This document shows, piece by piece, positions 1-9,228 of a DNA stretch of 10,633 nucleotides (positions within the stretch are counted from its first letter, which is position 1; every line of letters begins with the position of its first letter). Origin of the DNA: Octopus sinensis (lineage: Eukaryota); NCBI RefSeq assembly GCF_006345805.1, contig NW_021827378.1:1-10633 (forward strand). Reading direction: 5' to 3'. The notes under the pieces are model-generated. The model did no database searches. It was given only the letters and a program-made list of their open reading frames with translations, and was not told the DNA's origin. Position numbers and translations under genes: made by a program.

Positions 1-40
1 AGGTCAAGTCGATCTCTACGGAATTTGAAATCAGAACTTA
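1..40 (-). mobile_element. Degenerate fragment of family A SINE head (B-box region), cut by the window edge
   Basis: aagtcgatctctacggaatttgaaatcagaac aligns with aagtcgacctcggcggaatttgaactcagaac of the young copy at about 8825-8856. Confidence 0.55.
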
Positions 41-390
41 TAAGTACGAGGGATCGAATTTCTTGCTATAGCAAACAGCAACACCCATAAATATCATATA
101 AAATGAATAATATATGTAAAAATATGATATTAATCGATGTCATTGGTTATTAAGCCTGAAATTGCAGAGAGTAGACAAACTACTAATTTCCGTTAAATTA
201 TATCCTTACTGTCTTAAATAAAAAGATAATGGATATGAAATCCTAGACACAAAAAGTATAGGAATCTTACGTCTTGAATGAAATTGGTTATAAGACTACT
301 GATTGAATGAAAGCATGCAGAAAAAGAATTATTGTTTCTTCAGCTCTTCTCAATGAAACGTATCGAAACGTATCACGGCAAATTCACCCA

Positions 391-538
391 GATATGGTTC
401 AGTGGTTGAAAACATTAGGCAGCAAACAGGTAGTTTTATGGTTAGTCCCATGAGCATCTTGGGTTAGCGTCTTGTCTTGTAGCTTTTGGCCAATCAGAGA
501 ATATCGCAGGCAGCAACTTTGAAGACAGTTGTATGTAC
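391..538 (+). mobile_element. Old, degenerate 5' half of a family B tRNA-derived SINE
   Basis: A-box-like TGGTTCAGTGG (395-405). ggttagtccca...gcatcttgggttagcgtctt...gtagcttttggcc aligns with the reverse complement of the 8003-8389 copy (ggttcagtccca...gcaccttgggcaagtgtctt...atagcctcgggct). It ends where that copy's internal microsatellite begins. Confidence 0.5.
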
Positions 539-590
539 GTGTGTGTGTGCGTATGTGTGTGTGTGTGTGATGTAATTATATATATATATC

Positions 591-656
<66 letters not shown>
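539..656. repeat. Compound (GT)n/(TA)n/(GT)n microsatellite
   Basis: Directly visible; produces the spurious ORF 442..705. Confidence 0.95.
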
Positions 657-818
657 AGACTGGAGACAGGTATTCTCTGTATAGAATACACTTCGTAGTG
701 CTCACGATATTTGAATTTGAGCACGTAGAGAAGTAAATGTAAGGACAAGCAAGTTAGCCAAGTCGATATTTAAAAATTGTTAAATTCATTTAATACAAAG
801 TATGTACATATGTATACA

Positions 819-844
819 TGAAGTCATCCCATAAGTTCTTTCCG
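819..844 (+). repeat. Mariner terminal inverted repeat (3' end of element)
   Basis: tgaagtcatcccataagttctttccg versus the reverse complement of 2039-2064, tcaggtcatcccataatttctgtccc. Confidence 0.85.
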
Positions 845-893
845 AATTTTGAATAAAGAAAACGAGTGGTCAAATGTTATGTTTAATTGAAAT

Positions 894-1927
894 TTAATCA
901 TCAATGTACTTTCCCTGATTATCTATGTCTTCCTTCCATCTATTTACAAGCTTTTTAATCCCATCAACGTAAAACTCTTTTGGTTTTAAAGTGAAGAACT
1001 CTGAAATGTCAGTTTCCCCTTTCTTGCTTGTAAAAGTTACGTCACCCAAATGATTCTGTAAACTACGAAACAAATGATAGTCTGAAGGACCAAGGTTGGG
1101 AGAATTAGGTGAATGAGGAATTTCTTCCAAACCAAGCTCTTCGATCTTCTGTGATATGATCTTTGAAGTGTGGGTTCTCGCATTGTCCTGATGAAACAAC
1201 ACTTCTTTTCGATTCACTAGAGCGGGTCTTTTTTTCTTCGAAGCTTGGTTCAAAGACTAATTGCTGACAGTAGAATTGAGCATTGATTCTTGCATTAGGT
1301 GGTAACAATTCAAAGTGAATTGCTCCTTTGCAATCCCACCAGATAGGGAGAAGAACCTTTTTTCCATGAAGTTCCCTTCTCGGTTGTGGTTGAGCTTTTT
1401 CTCTTTTACCACTCTTTACGACGGTTAACATTTCGATAGAAGATCGATTTTTCGCCTCCAGTCACAATTCTATCCAAAAAGGTTGAAATGAGTTCGTGAG
1501 AATGAAGAGAAGAGTAGATATCAACTCAGAATTTGCGGTTGCTTTCGGACAATTCATGAGACACCTATTTTACAAGTTTAGGAATCTTTCTAAGTTGTCG
1601 AAGATGACAATGAACTGTCGTATGCTTTGAGCTAAGCTTGATTGTCAATTCTGATAATGCAGGATTTTCGTCAAGTAATACCTCAAGGAGCTTATCATTA
1701 AACTCAACTGGACGTCCTATTCCATCTTCTTCTTCAAGGCTGAAATTTCCACTTCTAAATTTTGCAAAACATCTTCTGCAACTTCTTTCATTCAAGTATT
1801 CTTTCCCATAAGATGAGTGTATGTTTCGACTCGCTTCGGCTGCAGAATTTCCACTTTTGTACTCAAAAAGCATTAAGTACATCAAATGCTCTTTGGATAT
1901 TTCCACGTCAGAAATGGTTTTAATCAA
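894..1927 (-). pseudogene. Mariner (Mos1/Hsmar1-like, DD34D) transposase pseudogene
   Basis: N-terminal HTH region (KEHLMYLMLFEYKSGNSAAEASRNI...GRP). WVPHEL reads *VSHEL (TAG 1565-1567), there is a second stop TGA at 1526-1528, and TGDEKW reads TGGEKS (first catalytic Asp is GGC at 1454-1456). Frameshifts lie near 1400 and 1255. HQDNAR and SPNLGPSDY are present with exactly 34 residues between the two Asp. It ends GKYIDD* at 894. It spans track ORFs 1565..1927, 1105..1431 and 894..1253. Confidence 0.93.
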
Positions 1928-2038
1928 AGAAATTTTAACCTATTATTCTGTAAAATAATATTTAATTAGTTTAAATGTACACCAATGCATGAAGATAATG
2001 TTTAATTCCATTTCATTGAATTTTAAAAAAGCTAAAAG

Positions 2039-2064
2039 GGGACAGAAATTATGGGATGACCTGA
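2039..2064 (-). repeat. Mariner terminal inverted repeat (5' end of element)
   Basis: Inverted match to 819-844, followed by TA at 2065-2066. Confidence 0.85.
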
Positions 2065-2134
2065 TATATTTTATTGAAGTATTATTTGATCAGAATGGGC
2101 ATAATATTCTTTCCATTGTGTGTAAGTTGGACTT

Positions 2135-2136
<2 letters not shown>

Positions 2137-2169
<33 letters not shown>

Positions 2170-2345
2170 TCTTTCTAGTAAATGTATTAAACAGGTTTTA
2201 TATATCGATTTATAGATATATATATTTAGAGAGAGAGAGAAACATAGATACATACATATATATATAAATGAATGTTTGTATATAATGAACGTGAAATACA
2301 GAAGGGACGAACAAGGAACACAGACATATATATATATGTGTATAT
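2137..2345. repeat. (TA)15 at 2137-2166 plus further interrupted (TA)n/(GA)n tracts
   Basis: Directly visible. Confidence 0.85.
2294..2327 (-). mobile_element. Isolated fragment of the family A long 3' tail
   Basis: aaatacagaagggacgaacaaggaacacagacat versus aaacacagaggggacaaacaagga---cagacat at about 9630-9660 (3 mismatches, one 3-nt gap). Confidence 0.45.
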
Positions 2346-2384
2346 AGACAGACTGCTTGATAGTTGCGTGGTGTGGTTGTTAGT

Positions 2385-2632
2385 GTGGGTATGTGTATGT
2401 CCGTGTTTGCTTTCCCCACCGTTTAACAAGAGGTTTTGTGTTAAATATGAGCTAGTAAGCTAGCGGTTCAGCAAAAAGGACTAATAGAATATGCACCAGT
2501 TTTTTTTTATGATAAAATAAAAGAAATATAAAGAAACATACGTATGAGTGTCAATTTGTTCGACTCAAACTCTTCAACGCATTGGCATAGCACGGGACGC
2601 AGTCCAAAGAATTAAACATTTAAAAGATAAGA
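2385..2632 (+). mobile_element. Old, degenerate 3' half of a family B SINE
   Basis: gtccgtgtttgc...tagcggttcagcaaaaaggactaatagaat...gtcaatttgttcgact...gcacgggacgcagtcc aligns colinearly with the reverse complement of about 8025-8200 (gtctgtgtttgtc...tagcggttcggcaaaagagaccgatagatt...gtcgagttgctcgatt...gcatggccgcagtc). Confidence 0.65.
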
Positions 2633-2804
2633 TATTTTTACATGTACCAGCACTGGGAAATGCATCGGTGTGTGTGTATGGGTAAATGCATACATACGCC
2701 TATCTGTTAATAAATCAACAATTTACAGTGTGTACGGGTACACAGCACTGCATGAAATGAATCTGTATAGGTGCGCTTGAATGTCGATGGCAGAAATCAA
2801 CATG

Positions 2805-2990
2805 TTATGGGATCAGAAATGATAATGTCACATAATGGGGCAGGTTTAATGTTTTACTAAAGCTATCTGATAATGGCTGTTGTTTTGTGAAGATGCATTT
2901 GTGATCTTTGTAATGTTGATAGCTGATATAATTAATTTTCAGCCCTCGTTCTTTCGTTATTCGATTCCATTTGGGTATGAGTTCGCGAGG
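2805..2990 (-). CDS. Candidate terminal coding exon (PRELIPKWNRITKERGLKINY...SFLIP*), unidentified
   Basis: Pyrimidine-rich acceptor cttacttactcacctactccccAG, then 61 open codons in phase 0 to TAA. There is no recognised homology, and the same bases also read as plus-strand donor motifs. Confidence 0.15.
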   Translation of the reverse strand, partial: PRELIPKWNRITKERGLKINYISYQHYKDHKCIFTKQQPLSDSFSKTLNLPHYVTLSFLIP

Positions 2991-3149
2991 CTGGGGAGTA
3001 GGTGAGTAAGTAAGTATGAGGTGATACGCGGAAAAATAATTTTTAAAATTTATGAAAAGATAACTTAACTAAAAGTAAAAAAAAGAAAAAACAGAAAAAT
3101 CTACTAGAGATAAAAAGTCTGAAATTGCAGATAAACGGATAGAACGAAG

Positions 3150-3306
3150 GTGTATATGTGCATACATGCATATGTGTGTGTTTGTGTGTTTATGTGTGTG
3201 TGTATAACATTGTATGTACATGTACCAAAATATGTGCATGTGTATCTATCTGCCCATTTTATATATATATATAAACGACATCTCTATATATACGCCTATA
3301 TAACAT

Positions 3307-3344
<38 letters not shown>

Positions 3345-3550
3345 CCTATATATATATCTATCATAAATATATATATAATATATATATATATAATGACTAT
3401 ATATATATATATATTATATCTATATATATATAAGTATATACGTAAATTTTATATACATATATAGATTATTAAATACAGATAATACATAAATATTACACAC
3501 ACACAAACATACAATAACACATATATTTCGATGTAGATACATGTATATAC
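3150..3550. repeat. Interrupted (GT)n/(TA)n low-complexity tract
   Basis: Directly visible; source of ORF 3150..3464. Confidence 0.9.
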
Positions 3551-3900
3551 ATAGAGTTTCAATTTTTTTATATTTCCTTTATATAAAAGCTCATCTATAT
3601 TCATTTTAATGTGTTGATGATAGGAAAGTTAAAGAGACCTGATAGCTTTCATACATATTGCTTTTGTCAGTTAAACACACACACACACACAACCACATTC
3701 TGACGTATGCACAATCATACTTACTCAAGAAGAAATAAGAAAAAAAATTTAATATGCAGTTGTTAAATGTTAAATGTGTTATGATAATTTCCATAATTAA
3801 ATAGATAACAAAATATCAGTAACAATACAGCAGAAAAAGGAAGTTAAACAAAAAGTAAAATACGAAAAGGAAAAGAAAAGAATTAAGAGCTACAGTTCCC

Positions 3901-4041
<141 letters not shown>

Positions 4042-4319
4042 CTGGAAACATAAACTCGTATAGAGTTTATATATGAATATAGAGAAAACGTCATGATGAC
4101 GATGTAAATCAAGTGAGCAGAAACGTACAGATAATGCGGCGTTATTTCACACATGATGAACTGAGACACACACCGCTTACAGGTGTATGTGTTCGGAATA
4201 TATATAATATAGCGTAACAACATATATGTATGTGTATGCATGTGTGTATGTTGTATAAATAGATTTATGTATCAATAATATATGTGTATAAACACATTTC
4301 AATATCCATATTATATAAT

Positions 4320-4329
4320 TATATATATA

Positions 4330-4393
<64 letters not shown>

Positions 4394-4403
4394 ATAATAT
4401 ATG

Positions 4404-4434
<31 letters not shown>

Positions 4435-4561
4435 TATATGGAAGTATTTATGGGATGGACGGATGCACATATATGTCATATATGAACGTAGCACATAATA
4501 TATATAGATATATATATATATATATATATTATGTGCTACGTATATATACACACACACACAT
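4320..4561. repeat. Long interrupted (TA)n microsatellite ending in (CA)n
   Basis: Directly visible; source of ORFs 4177..4581 and 4282..4485. Confidence 0.95.
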
Positions 4562-4838
4562 GTGATGCTATTGAGAGACATTGAAAGAGAGATTCAATGA
4601 GTCTTTTGAGTTGCTTATTACCTGACAATTTTATATGTATTCCTTTCCAAGTCTCAGTTGTAAAAATCAAAATAGAGAAATATACTAAATAAATTAAAAC
4701 AAAAACGCCCGAAAAGCAAAACAAACATCATACATATATATATATAAAAAAAAAGAATTGCAATGAAACAACTAAAAATATACCCATAGTTGTAGTAAAT
4801 TTTAATTTCTATGTAAAATTGCTATCTAAAGAAAAAAT

Positions 4839-4860
4839 TATATATATATATATATATATA
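4839..4860. repeat. (TA)11
   Basis: Directly visible. Confidence 0.95.
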
Positions 4861-5150
4861 TTTAGGTTATTGATAATTTATTAATTAATTAGTGAATATA
4901 TTTTTCACACTCTCATTAATTTAACCCCCTGCTACTAACTATTGAAATTTATCCTCATCTAACCTGATATAAATTTAAAGTTATGAAAATTGTCGCAACA
5001 TTCTGGAATCTATTCTTTTGTGTATCTATTTAGATCTGTGTTATTTTGTTCAATATTAAATTAGGAATTTGACAAGATATATTTCCGAAATTTCAACTTA
5101 AAGTAACTTCTTTTGTGACACAGCTTTCCTTATTTAATTCACCCAGCCTG

Positions 5151-5177
5151 TATCTATCTATCTATCTATCTATAAAC

Positions 5178-5214
<37 letters not shown>

Positions 5215-5271
5215 GATCTATCTAGCTATCTATCTAACTATCTATCTATCTATCTATCGCTCTTCTTCTCG

Positions 5272-5304
<33 letters not shown>

Positions 5305-5321
5305 CAACTACCTATCTATCC

Positions 5322-5355
<34 letters not shown>

Positions 5356-5374
5356 TCTCTGTCTGTCCTATCTA

Positions 5375-5417
<43 letters not shown>

Positions 5418-5446
5418 ATATATATATATCTATCTATCTATCTATC
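5151..5446. repeat. About 300-bp interrupted (TATC)n tetranucleotide array
   Basis: Directly visible. Confidence 0.95.
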
Positions 5447-5634
5447 AACCACACTGTCTATCAATGTATGCTATTCTCTCTAAATACACATACTTAAGTG
5501 CGTATATACATACATATATTTATATATACATATCATACGATTTCAATGTATCCTACCTCTCTGCATGCATTCAAGCAGATTTTCTCTGATGCACATATCA
5601 CTTGCCACCCGCTTGTCACTTCTGTTCATCTTAC

Positions 5635-5676
5635 CATTTCTGATTTCCTGCTCCACGTACCGGGTCCGAAATAAAC
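5635..5676 (-). CDS. Candidate 42-nt internal exon (VYFGPGTWSRKSEM in phase 0)
   Basis: tttcatttcgctttgtatgaaacAG acceptor and ATG|GTAAGA donor; length is a multiple of 3; GC-richer than its flanks; open in all three frames. Confidence 0.35.
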
Positions 5677-5794
5677 CTGTTTCATACAAAGCGAAATGAA
5701 ATATTTCATATAATTGAATTATCTCCACTACATTCCTATGGATATATGTGCCTACACTTATATATAGGTCCTTATCTAGTGAGTATGCGTATAT

Positions 5795-6038
5795 ATTATA
5801 TACTTTATATATAGATATATCTATATATCTATATATATATATCTATATAATATATATACATACATATATATAATATAGATATATGTATATAGATATATAT
5901 ATATATATATATAAATACATATTTATAATACTTCTATATCTATATAACATCATATACGTCCGTATATGTATAGGTAGTATTTATATCTATCTATCTATCT
6001 ATCTATCTATCTGCTATCTCTCTTCTCTCTCTCTCTCC

Positions 6039-6077
<39 letters not shown>

Positions 6078-6109
6078 TGTACTATATATCTAATATATAT
6101 ATATAATAT

Positions 6110-6149
<40 letters not shown>

Positions 6150-6230
6150 ATATATATAAATACATATATATACATATACAGACTTATATGTGGATATATA
6201 GATAGATAGACAGACAGTCAGATATATATG
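5795..6230. repeat. Compound (TA)n/(TATC)n/(TC)n/(GATA)n/(GACA)n tract
   Basis: Directly visible. Confidence 0.9.
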
Positions 6231-6454
6231 TACAAACTTAGTTATAGAAATGTTTGTGGGTATATATATGCATCGCCCTTACATAAATTTATACGCTTAT
6301 ATATATGTGTGTATTTGTCTGTGTACGCGTGTGTCCCTCTGCTTGAGTGTTTCCGTGTATGTGTGTATCAATACATCTATATTTGTGTTTGTAGAGAATC
6401 TCATTGTTAACAATTATATATCAGGTTAGTGCAAATATAATTACAATTTCTTAC

Positions 6455-6499
6455 CCTGAACATTAAATCAATATATTTCAACTGAGATATAATATCAAT
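6455..6499 (-). CDS. Candidate 45-nt internal exon (IDIISQLKYIDLMFR, phase 0/0); alternative 27-nt version starts at 6481
   Basis: aaattcAG (or tatatctcAG) acceptor, strong AGG|GTAAGA donor, open only in phase 0. Confidence 0.3.
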
Positions 6500-6885
6500 C
6501 TGAATTTAAACATTTCTGTTTCCAAGTACCACTTTCATATTTTCTGTCATCGTAGAAACATTTAGTTTTCGTTAAATAGATTCGTGTTTATTGCTTTCCA
6601 TTATTTAGATCATGTGTTTTTATCGTCTACAAGCAAAGGATGCTAAGGATTTTATTGTCGTTGCGATTCGAAATACGTGTACCGACAGTAGTCATATCCT
6701 CAGTAGAGGTAGAACGGAGAGATTTAGGTAACAGCTAAGATCATGTCACAAGAATGCACCAATAGAAGAGATTCACAACTGCAATCTCCATATTTAAAAA
6801 AATATATGACAGAATATTATTATACGAACCTTTCCAAGACATAAAGGAAATGCAAATAAAATGGCATTGTTATTCATAGTTTGCG

Positions 6886-7244
6886 AAAGCGCATGGATCA
6901 GTGGTTTATAAATCTGTGAATGCGCATGGATCGTGAGGTTGTGAGTTCGATTCCTGGACAGGGCTGTGTGTTGTGTTCTTGAGCAAGACAATTTATGTCG
7001 CGTCGCTCCAGTTAAATCAGCTGTAGAAATGAGTTGCGATGATGTCACTGGTGCCAAGCTGTATCGGTCTTTGCCTTTCCCTTGTATAACATCAATGGTG
7101 TGTCGAGGAGAGGCTGGTATGTATGGGCGACTGCTGGCCTTCTACAAACAACCTTGCTCGGACTTGTGCCTCTGAGGGTAACGTTGTAGGTGCAAACCCA
7201 TGGTCATCCATGACCGAAGAGGTCTCCTCCTCCTCCTCCTCCTC
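6886..7244 (+). mobile_element. Full-length family C tRNA-derived SINE with (CTC)7 tail
   Basis: A-box TGGATCAGTGG (6894-6904), B-box GAGTTCGATTCC (6943-6954), central gtgttcttgagcaagaca...cagctgtagaaatg reminiscent of CORE-type domains, and a simple-repeat tail at 7224-7244. It matches my recollection of octopus SINEs (not database-checked). Confidence 0.8.
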
Positions 7245-7501
7245 ATTATTTACAGTTTATAATGTTACTAGAAATCAGTTCGAATATGATTGTGGCACAT
7301 TCGACCCGAAGAACAAGCTACTCACTGCGTTTTGTCACGGAAAATATATACGGTTTTGTTAACAAATTGTGTGCATACCCCTATATCAGCCCGCAGCACT
7401 ACCTATCTAGACTGCGAGATGCAAGCATTTCGGAGTAGTTATCTCCTCTTCGGTCCCACACACCAGGAAAGCGGCGCTGCGAGCTGATTGAGGAGACTGA
7501 C

Positions 7502-7569
7502 TTTCTTATGTTTTTCCACTTGCCATACGGCTTGTTCACGGGTTCGAACGTACCTCAAGTAAATTCGAA
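7502..7569 (-). CDS. Candidate 68-nt internal exon (xRIYLRYVRTREQAVWQVEKHKK); could instead run on to a stop near 7439
   Basis: Textbook aatttcaatgttattttcAG acceptor, a single open frame (phase 1 start), and AAA|GTCAGT donor in phase 0. No homology recognised. Confidence 0.3.
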
Positions 7570-7700
7570 CTGAAAATAACATTGAAATTTTACTTACCAC
7601 TGCTTAGCACTCCCCCTCTGATATCATTTATACAAGTAAAGCTTATTAACTATGTATTCCTTGTCAAACCCCGTCAAATAGACTTCTTAAATGATTAAAG

Positions 7701-7910
7701 TAGTGGGCTTGTAGAATCGTTAACCTCGCCGTGTCAAAATTTTTATGGAATTTCGCTTGCCTTTACGTCCTAATTTCAAATTCTGTCGATGTTGCCTTAG
7801 CCTTTCATCTCTTCGATGTCGATTGTATATGGACCATGATGGGATTGGGATCAATTATCCCTCTGCTCCTCGAAGTTCAGGCCTTCTGTCTAGAATACAA
7901 AGAAAATGTC
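7701..7910 (+). mobile_element. Old family A SINE (short-tail variant)
   Basis: gtagaatcgttaac...tttcaaattctgtcgatg...gcctttcatc...gtcgat aligns colinearly with the reverse complement of 8693-8923 over head and core; its 3' end is different (caggccttctgtctagaatacaaag). Confidence 0.7.
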
Positions 7911-7921
7911 CTTAAATAACT

Positions 7922-8002
7922 AAGGCGGCGAGCTGGCAGATTCTTTAAAAAGGCGGATAAAGTGTTTAGTAACATTTCGTCTCTTTTCCCCTTCTTAGTT
8001 TA
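7922..8002 (+). mobile_element. 5' part of a family A SINE interrupted by a family B insertion
   Basis: aaggcggcgagctggcaga head, catttcgtct, then degenerate ttcttagtttat (compare ttctgagttcaa) where it breaks off. Confidence 0.75.
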
Positions 8003-8389
8003 TGTTTTTTTCTTTTTTTTTTCTTGTTCCAGTCATTTTGACTGCGGCCATGCTTTAATCGAGCAACTCGACCCCGGGACTTATTCTTTGTAAGCCCAGT
8101 ACTTAATCTATCGGTCTCTTTTGCCGAACCGCTAAGTAACGGGGACATAAACACACCAGCATCGGTTGTCAAGCAATGGTAGGGGGACAAACACAGACAC
8201 ACAAACATACACGCACATACATATATATATACATATACGACGGGCTTCTTTCAGTTTCCGTCTACTAAATCCACTCAAAGGCTTTGGTCAGCCCGAGGCT
8301 ATAGTAGAAGACACTTGCCCAAGGTGCCACGCAGTGGGACTGAACCCGGAACCATGTGGTTGGTAAACAAGCTACTTACCACACAATCA
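8003..8389 (-). mobile_element. Well-preserved full-length family B tRNA-derived SINE
   Basis: On the minus strand: tgtgtggtaag head, B-box GGGTTCAGTCCC (8336-8347), ccttgggcaagtgtctt central motif, internal (TA)/(TG) microsatellite at about 8190-8240, and an A-rich tail at 8005-8024. Confidence 0.9.
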
Positions 8390-8515
8390 GTGTCGACTTT
8401 GCGTTTCATCTTTGTGTTTCGATAAAATAAGTATCGGTGAAGAAGTAATTAATTGGTATAATCAACTTCCACGCCCTTAAACTTTACTGGCTCGGTTCTA
8501 AGATTTGAGCCATTC
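8390..8515 (+). mobile_element. 3' continuation of the interrupted family A SINE
   Basis: gtcgactttgcgtttcatc...cgataaaataagta resumes the family A sequence just after the point where 7922-8002 stops. Confidence 0.65.
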
Positions 8516-8531
8516 GCTAGCATTTCTTAGA

Positions 8532-8687
8532 TGATAACTGGCTGAAATTTTAGCGCGATGGACAAATGATCGGCCATCTTTATGTTCTGATTTCAGGTCT
8601 CACCGTGATAGGCTTTGCCTTTTTCCATTCGTTGTCGATTAAATCTATTGGAGTCGATTTAATGGACTATCCCCTCCTCCCCAAATT
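8532..8687 (+). mobile_element. Old family A SINE
   Basis: actggctgaaattttagcgcg...tatgttctgatttca...ctttgcctt...gtcgatttaatggactatcccctcc is colinear with family A. Confidence 0.65.
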
Positions 8688-8692
8688 ATATA

Positions 8693-8923
8693 TATTTCTT
8701 TACTACCCACAAGGGGCTAAACACAGAGGAGACAAACAAGGATAGACAAAGGGATTAAGTCGATTACATCGACCCCAGTGCGTAACTGGTACTTAATTTA
8801 TTGACCCCGGAAGGATGAAAGGCAAAGTCGACCTCGGCGGAATTTGAACTCAGAACGTAACGGCAGACGAAATATGACAACGCATTTCGCCCGGCGTGCT
8901 AACGTTTCTGCCAGCTTGCTGCC
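8693..8923 (-). mobile_element. Young full-length family A SINE (long-tail variant)
   Basis: On the minus strand: A-box TGGCAGAAACG (8903-8913), B-box GAGTTCAAATTCC (8839-8851), core and tail tttagccccttgtgggtagtaaagaaata. A possible 7-bp target duplication TTATATA lies at 8686-8692 and 8924-8930 (low complexity). High identity to 9604-9817. Confidence 0.92.
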
Positions 8924-9009
8924 TTATATAGGCTATCGCCTTCATCGAAAATTGTATGGGTATTCTGCGTATAGTAGAAATTCTGCTGACTTAAATTAAC
9001 TAAACAAGG

Positions 9010-9140
9010 ATATGGCCGAGACTTTTGCATGACGCCTTTATTCCAGCTGTTTTCACGGAATTCAAATTTTGTAAAGATTAACATTCACATTCATCCATTC
9101 GATGCTGATAACATAGGTAAATATTAAGTACTGGGGACAG
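9010..9140 (+). mobile_element. Very degenerate family A SINE
   Basis: gaattcaaattttg...attcatccattcg...gataacataggta...aagtactgggg follows the family A order of B-box, core and ctgggg. Confidence 0.45.
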
Positions 9141-9171
9141 TACTACCCCACCGCATACATATGCACGGGTT

Positions 9172-9228
9172 CGTGTGTGCGTGTGTCGTGTATGTGTGCG
9201 TGCATGTGTGTGTTGTGTGTGTGTGTGT
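9172..9228. repeat. Interrupted (GT)n microsatellite
   Basis: Directly visible. Confidence 0.9.

Larger units (their letters stand above)
819..2064 (-). mobile_element. Full-length non-autonomous (decayed) mariner DNA transposon, about 1.25 kb
   Basis: 26-bp TIRs at 819-844 and 2039-2064 (21/26 identical), TA at 2065-2066 and CA at 817-818 in place of the second TA target duplication, internal transposase remnants and typical mariner length. Confidence 0.92.

Noticed and set aside
355-374. Tandem GAAACGTATC x2 with a nearby minus-strand CTGAAGA, checked as a hammerhead
   Set aside because: The elements are on different strands or in the wrong order and there is no stem II; it is a simple 10-bp duplication.
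894-1927. SETMAR-like functional gene
   Set aside because: No SET domain; stops, frameshifts and a lost catalytic Asp; flanked by TIRs, so it is a transposon copy.
2726-2750. Hairpin CAGTGTGTAC-GG-GTACA(CAG)CACTG
   Set aside because: 2-nt loop, short stem with a bulge, and no recognisable RNA family.
156-3131. 13-mer CTGAAATTGCAGA repeated at 156-168 and 3119-3131
   Set aside because: The flanks do not align; within chance expectation for AT-rich sequence.
6660-6703. CTGAGGA (minus strand) as a hammerhead core; likewise CTGAAGA at 10306-10312 (plus strand)
   Set aside because: Neither has GAAA correctly placed after a stem II.
7212-7455. 11-bp perfect inverted repeat GACCGAAGAGG / CCTCTTCGGTC (7212-7222 and 7445-7455)
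   Set aside because: It does not extend, and roughly one such nearby match is expected by chance in 10 kb.
7570-7597. GTAAGT...TTTTCAG on the minus strand as a 28-nt intron
   Set aside because: Too short for a typical metazoan spliceosomal intron, and the upstream segment has no good acceptor.
6794-8366. ORFs 6794..7057, 6966..7175, 7123..7362, 7731..7919, 7966..8208 and 8166..8366
   Set aside because: They lie largely within SINE copies, where higher GC gives chance open frames.
6886-8923. tRNA genes suggested by A- and B-boxes
   Set aside because: The boxes are heads of tRNA-derived SINEs followed by SINE bodies; no complete cloverleaf is evident.
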